From Octopus bimaculoides (taxonomy: Eukaryota), in assembly GCF_001194135.2 (NCBI RefSeq), contig NC_068983.1:133684051-133746533 (forward strand): a DNA stretch of 62,483 nucleotides. The letters run 5' to 3'. Positions 61,997-62,483 of the stretch are shown here, piece after piece; positions within the stretch are counted from its first letter, which is position 1, and each line of letters begins with the position of its first letter. Position numbers and translations under genes: made by a program. Below the pieces are notes generated by a model. That model had not been told where the DNA came from. It saw nothing but the letters and a program-made list of their open reading frames with translations, and did no database searches.

Positions 61997-62227
61997 CTGG
62001 TTTCATAGACACGCTGTCTCCTCTCTCCGTCTTTTCTAACTCTACTACATAAGCCTCTGTTCTTTCAAGCTGGCTTGTTTTGTGCAGCCGCAACTCAGAA
62101 GCTCCTCGCTCACTAGTCTCCGCTCTTGTCATCATATGTGTAGCCTTTCACACCAACTCCCAAATCTCACACTAAACACGGAATGTCTTCTCGACTCCGT
62201 AATTCAGCCCTCATGAATTGTCCAATG

Positions 62228-62259
<32 letters not shown>

Positions 62260-62344
62260 CACACACTTATAAAGTTTTTCCTACGGCCATCATTTTGCAA
62301 CTTATCTTCAGAAATGCTGATCACATCAGTCTTGCCAATTTATG

Positions 62345-62378
<34 letters not shown>

Positions 62379-62483
62379 CATACATACATACATGCATGCA
62401 TGCATACATACTTATTTACATGCACATATACATACATTTACTGCACATGAATGTGTGAGTGTGTGTATACATGTATAGATAGA

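Overview
AT-rich eukaryotic nuclear DNA with 12 N-gaps, very dense microsatellites and mostly decayed transposable elements. The SINE families and repeat landscape look like an octopod cephalopod (inference, no database check). The only firmly supported cellular gene is one intact tRNA-Ile(AAT) on the minus strand (53517-53590) with a T7 Pol III terminator. Mobile DNA includes several tRNA-derived SINE families, two RTE LINEs, five R4/Dong-like RLE retrotransposon fragments, CR1-like LINEs, two Penelope-like elements, a Gypsy pol remnant, Tc1, mariner and rosa-type transposons, two MITEs, and a 3.2-kb hAT element with a perfect 8-bp TSD. Most supplied ORFs are microsatellite or gap artefacts. 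Several short GT-AG-bounded open segments may be exons of an unrecognised large-intron host gene, but the strand is unresolved and confidence is low. The most distinctive structures are local rearrangements: an inverted SINE pair joined by a 99-bp templated copy from 1.2 kb away, a foldback SINE junction, an inverted Penelope RT segment, and an internally deleted Penelope with terminal repeats and an open ORF. I found no clearly novel multi-gene system, no CRISPR and no rRNA.
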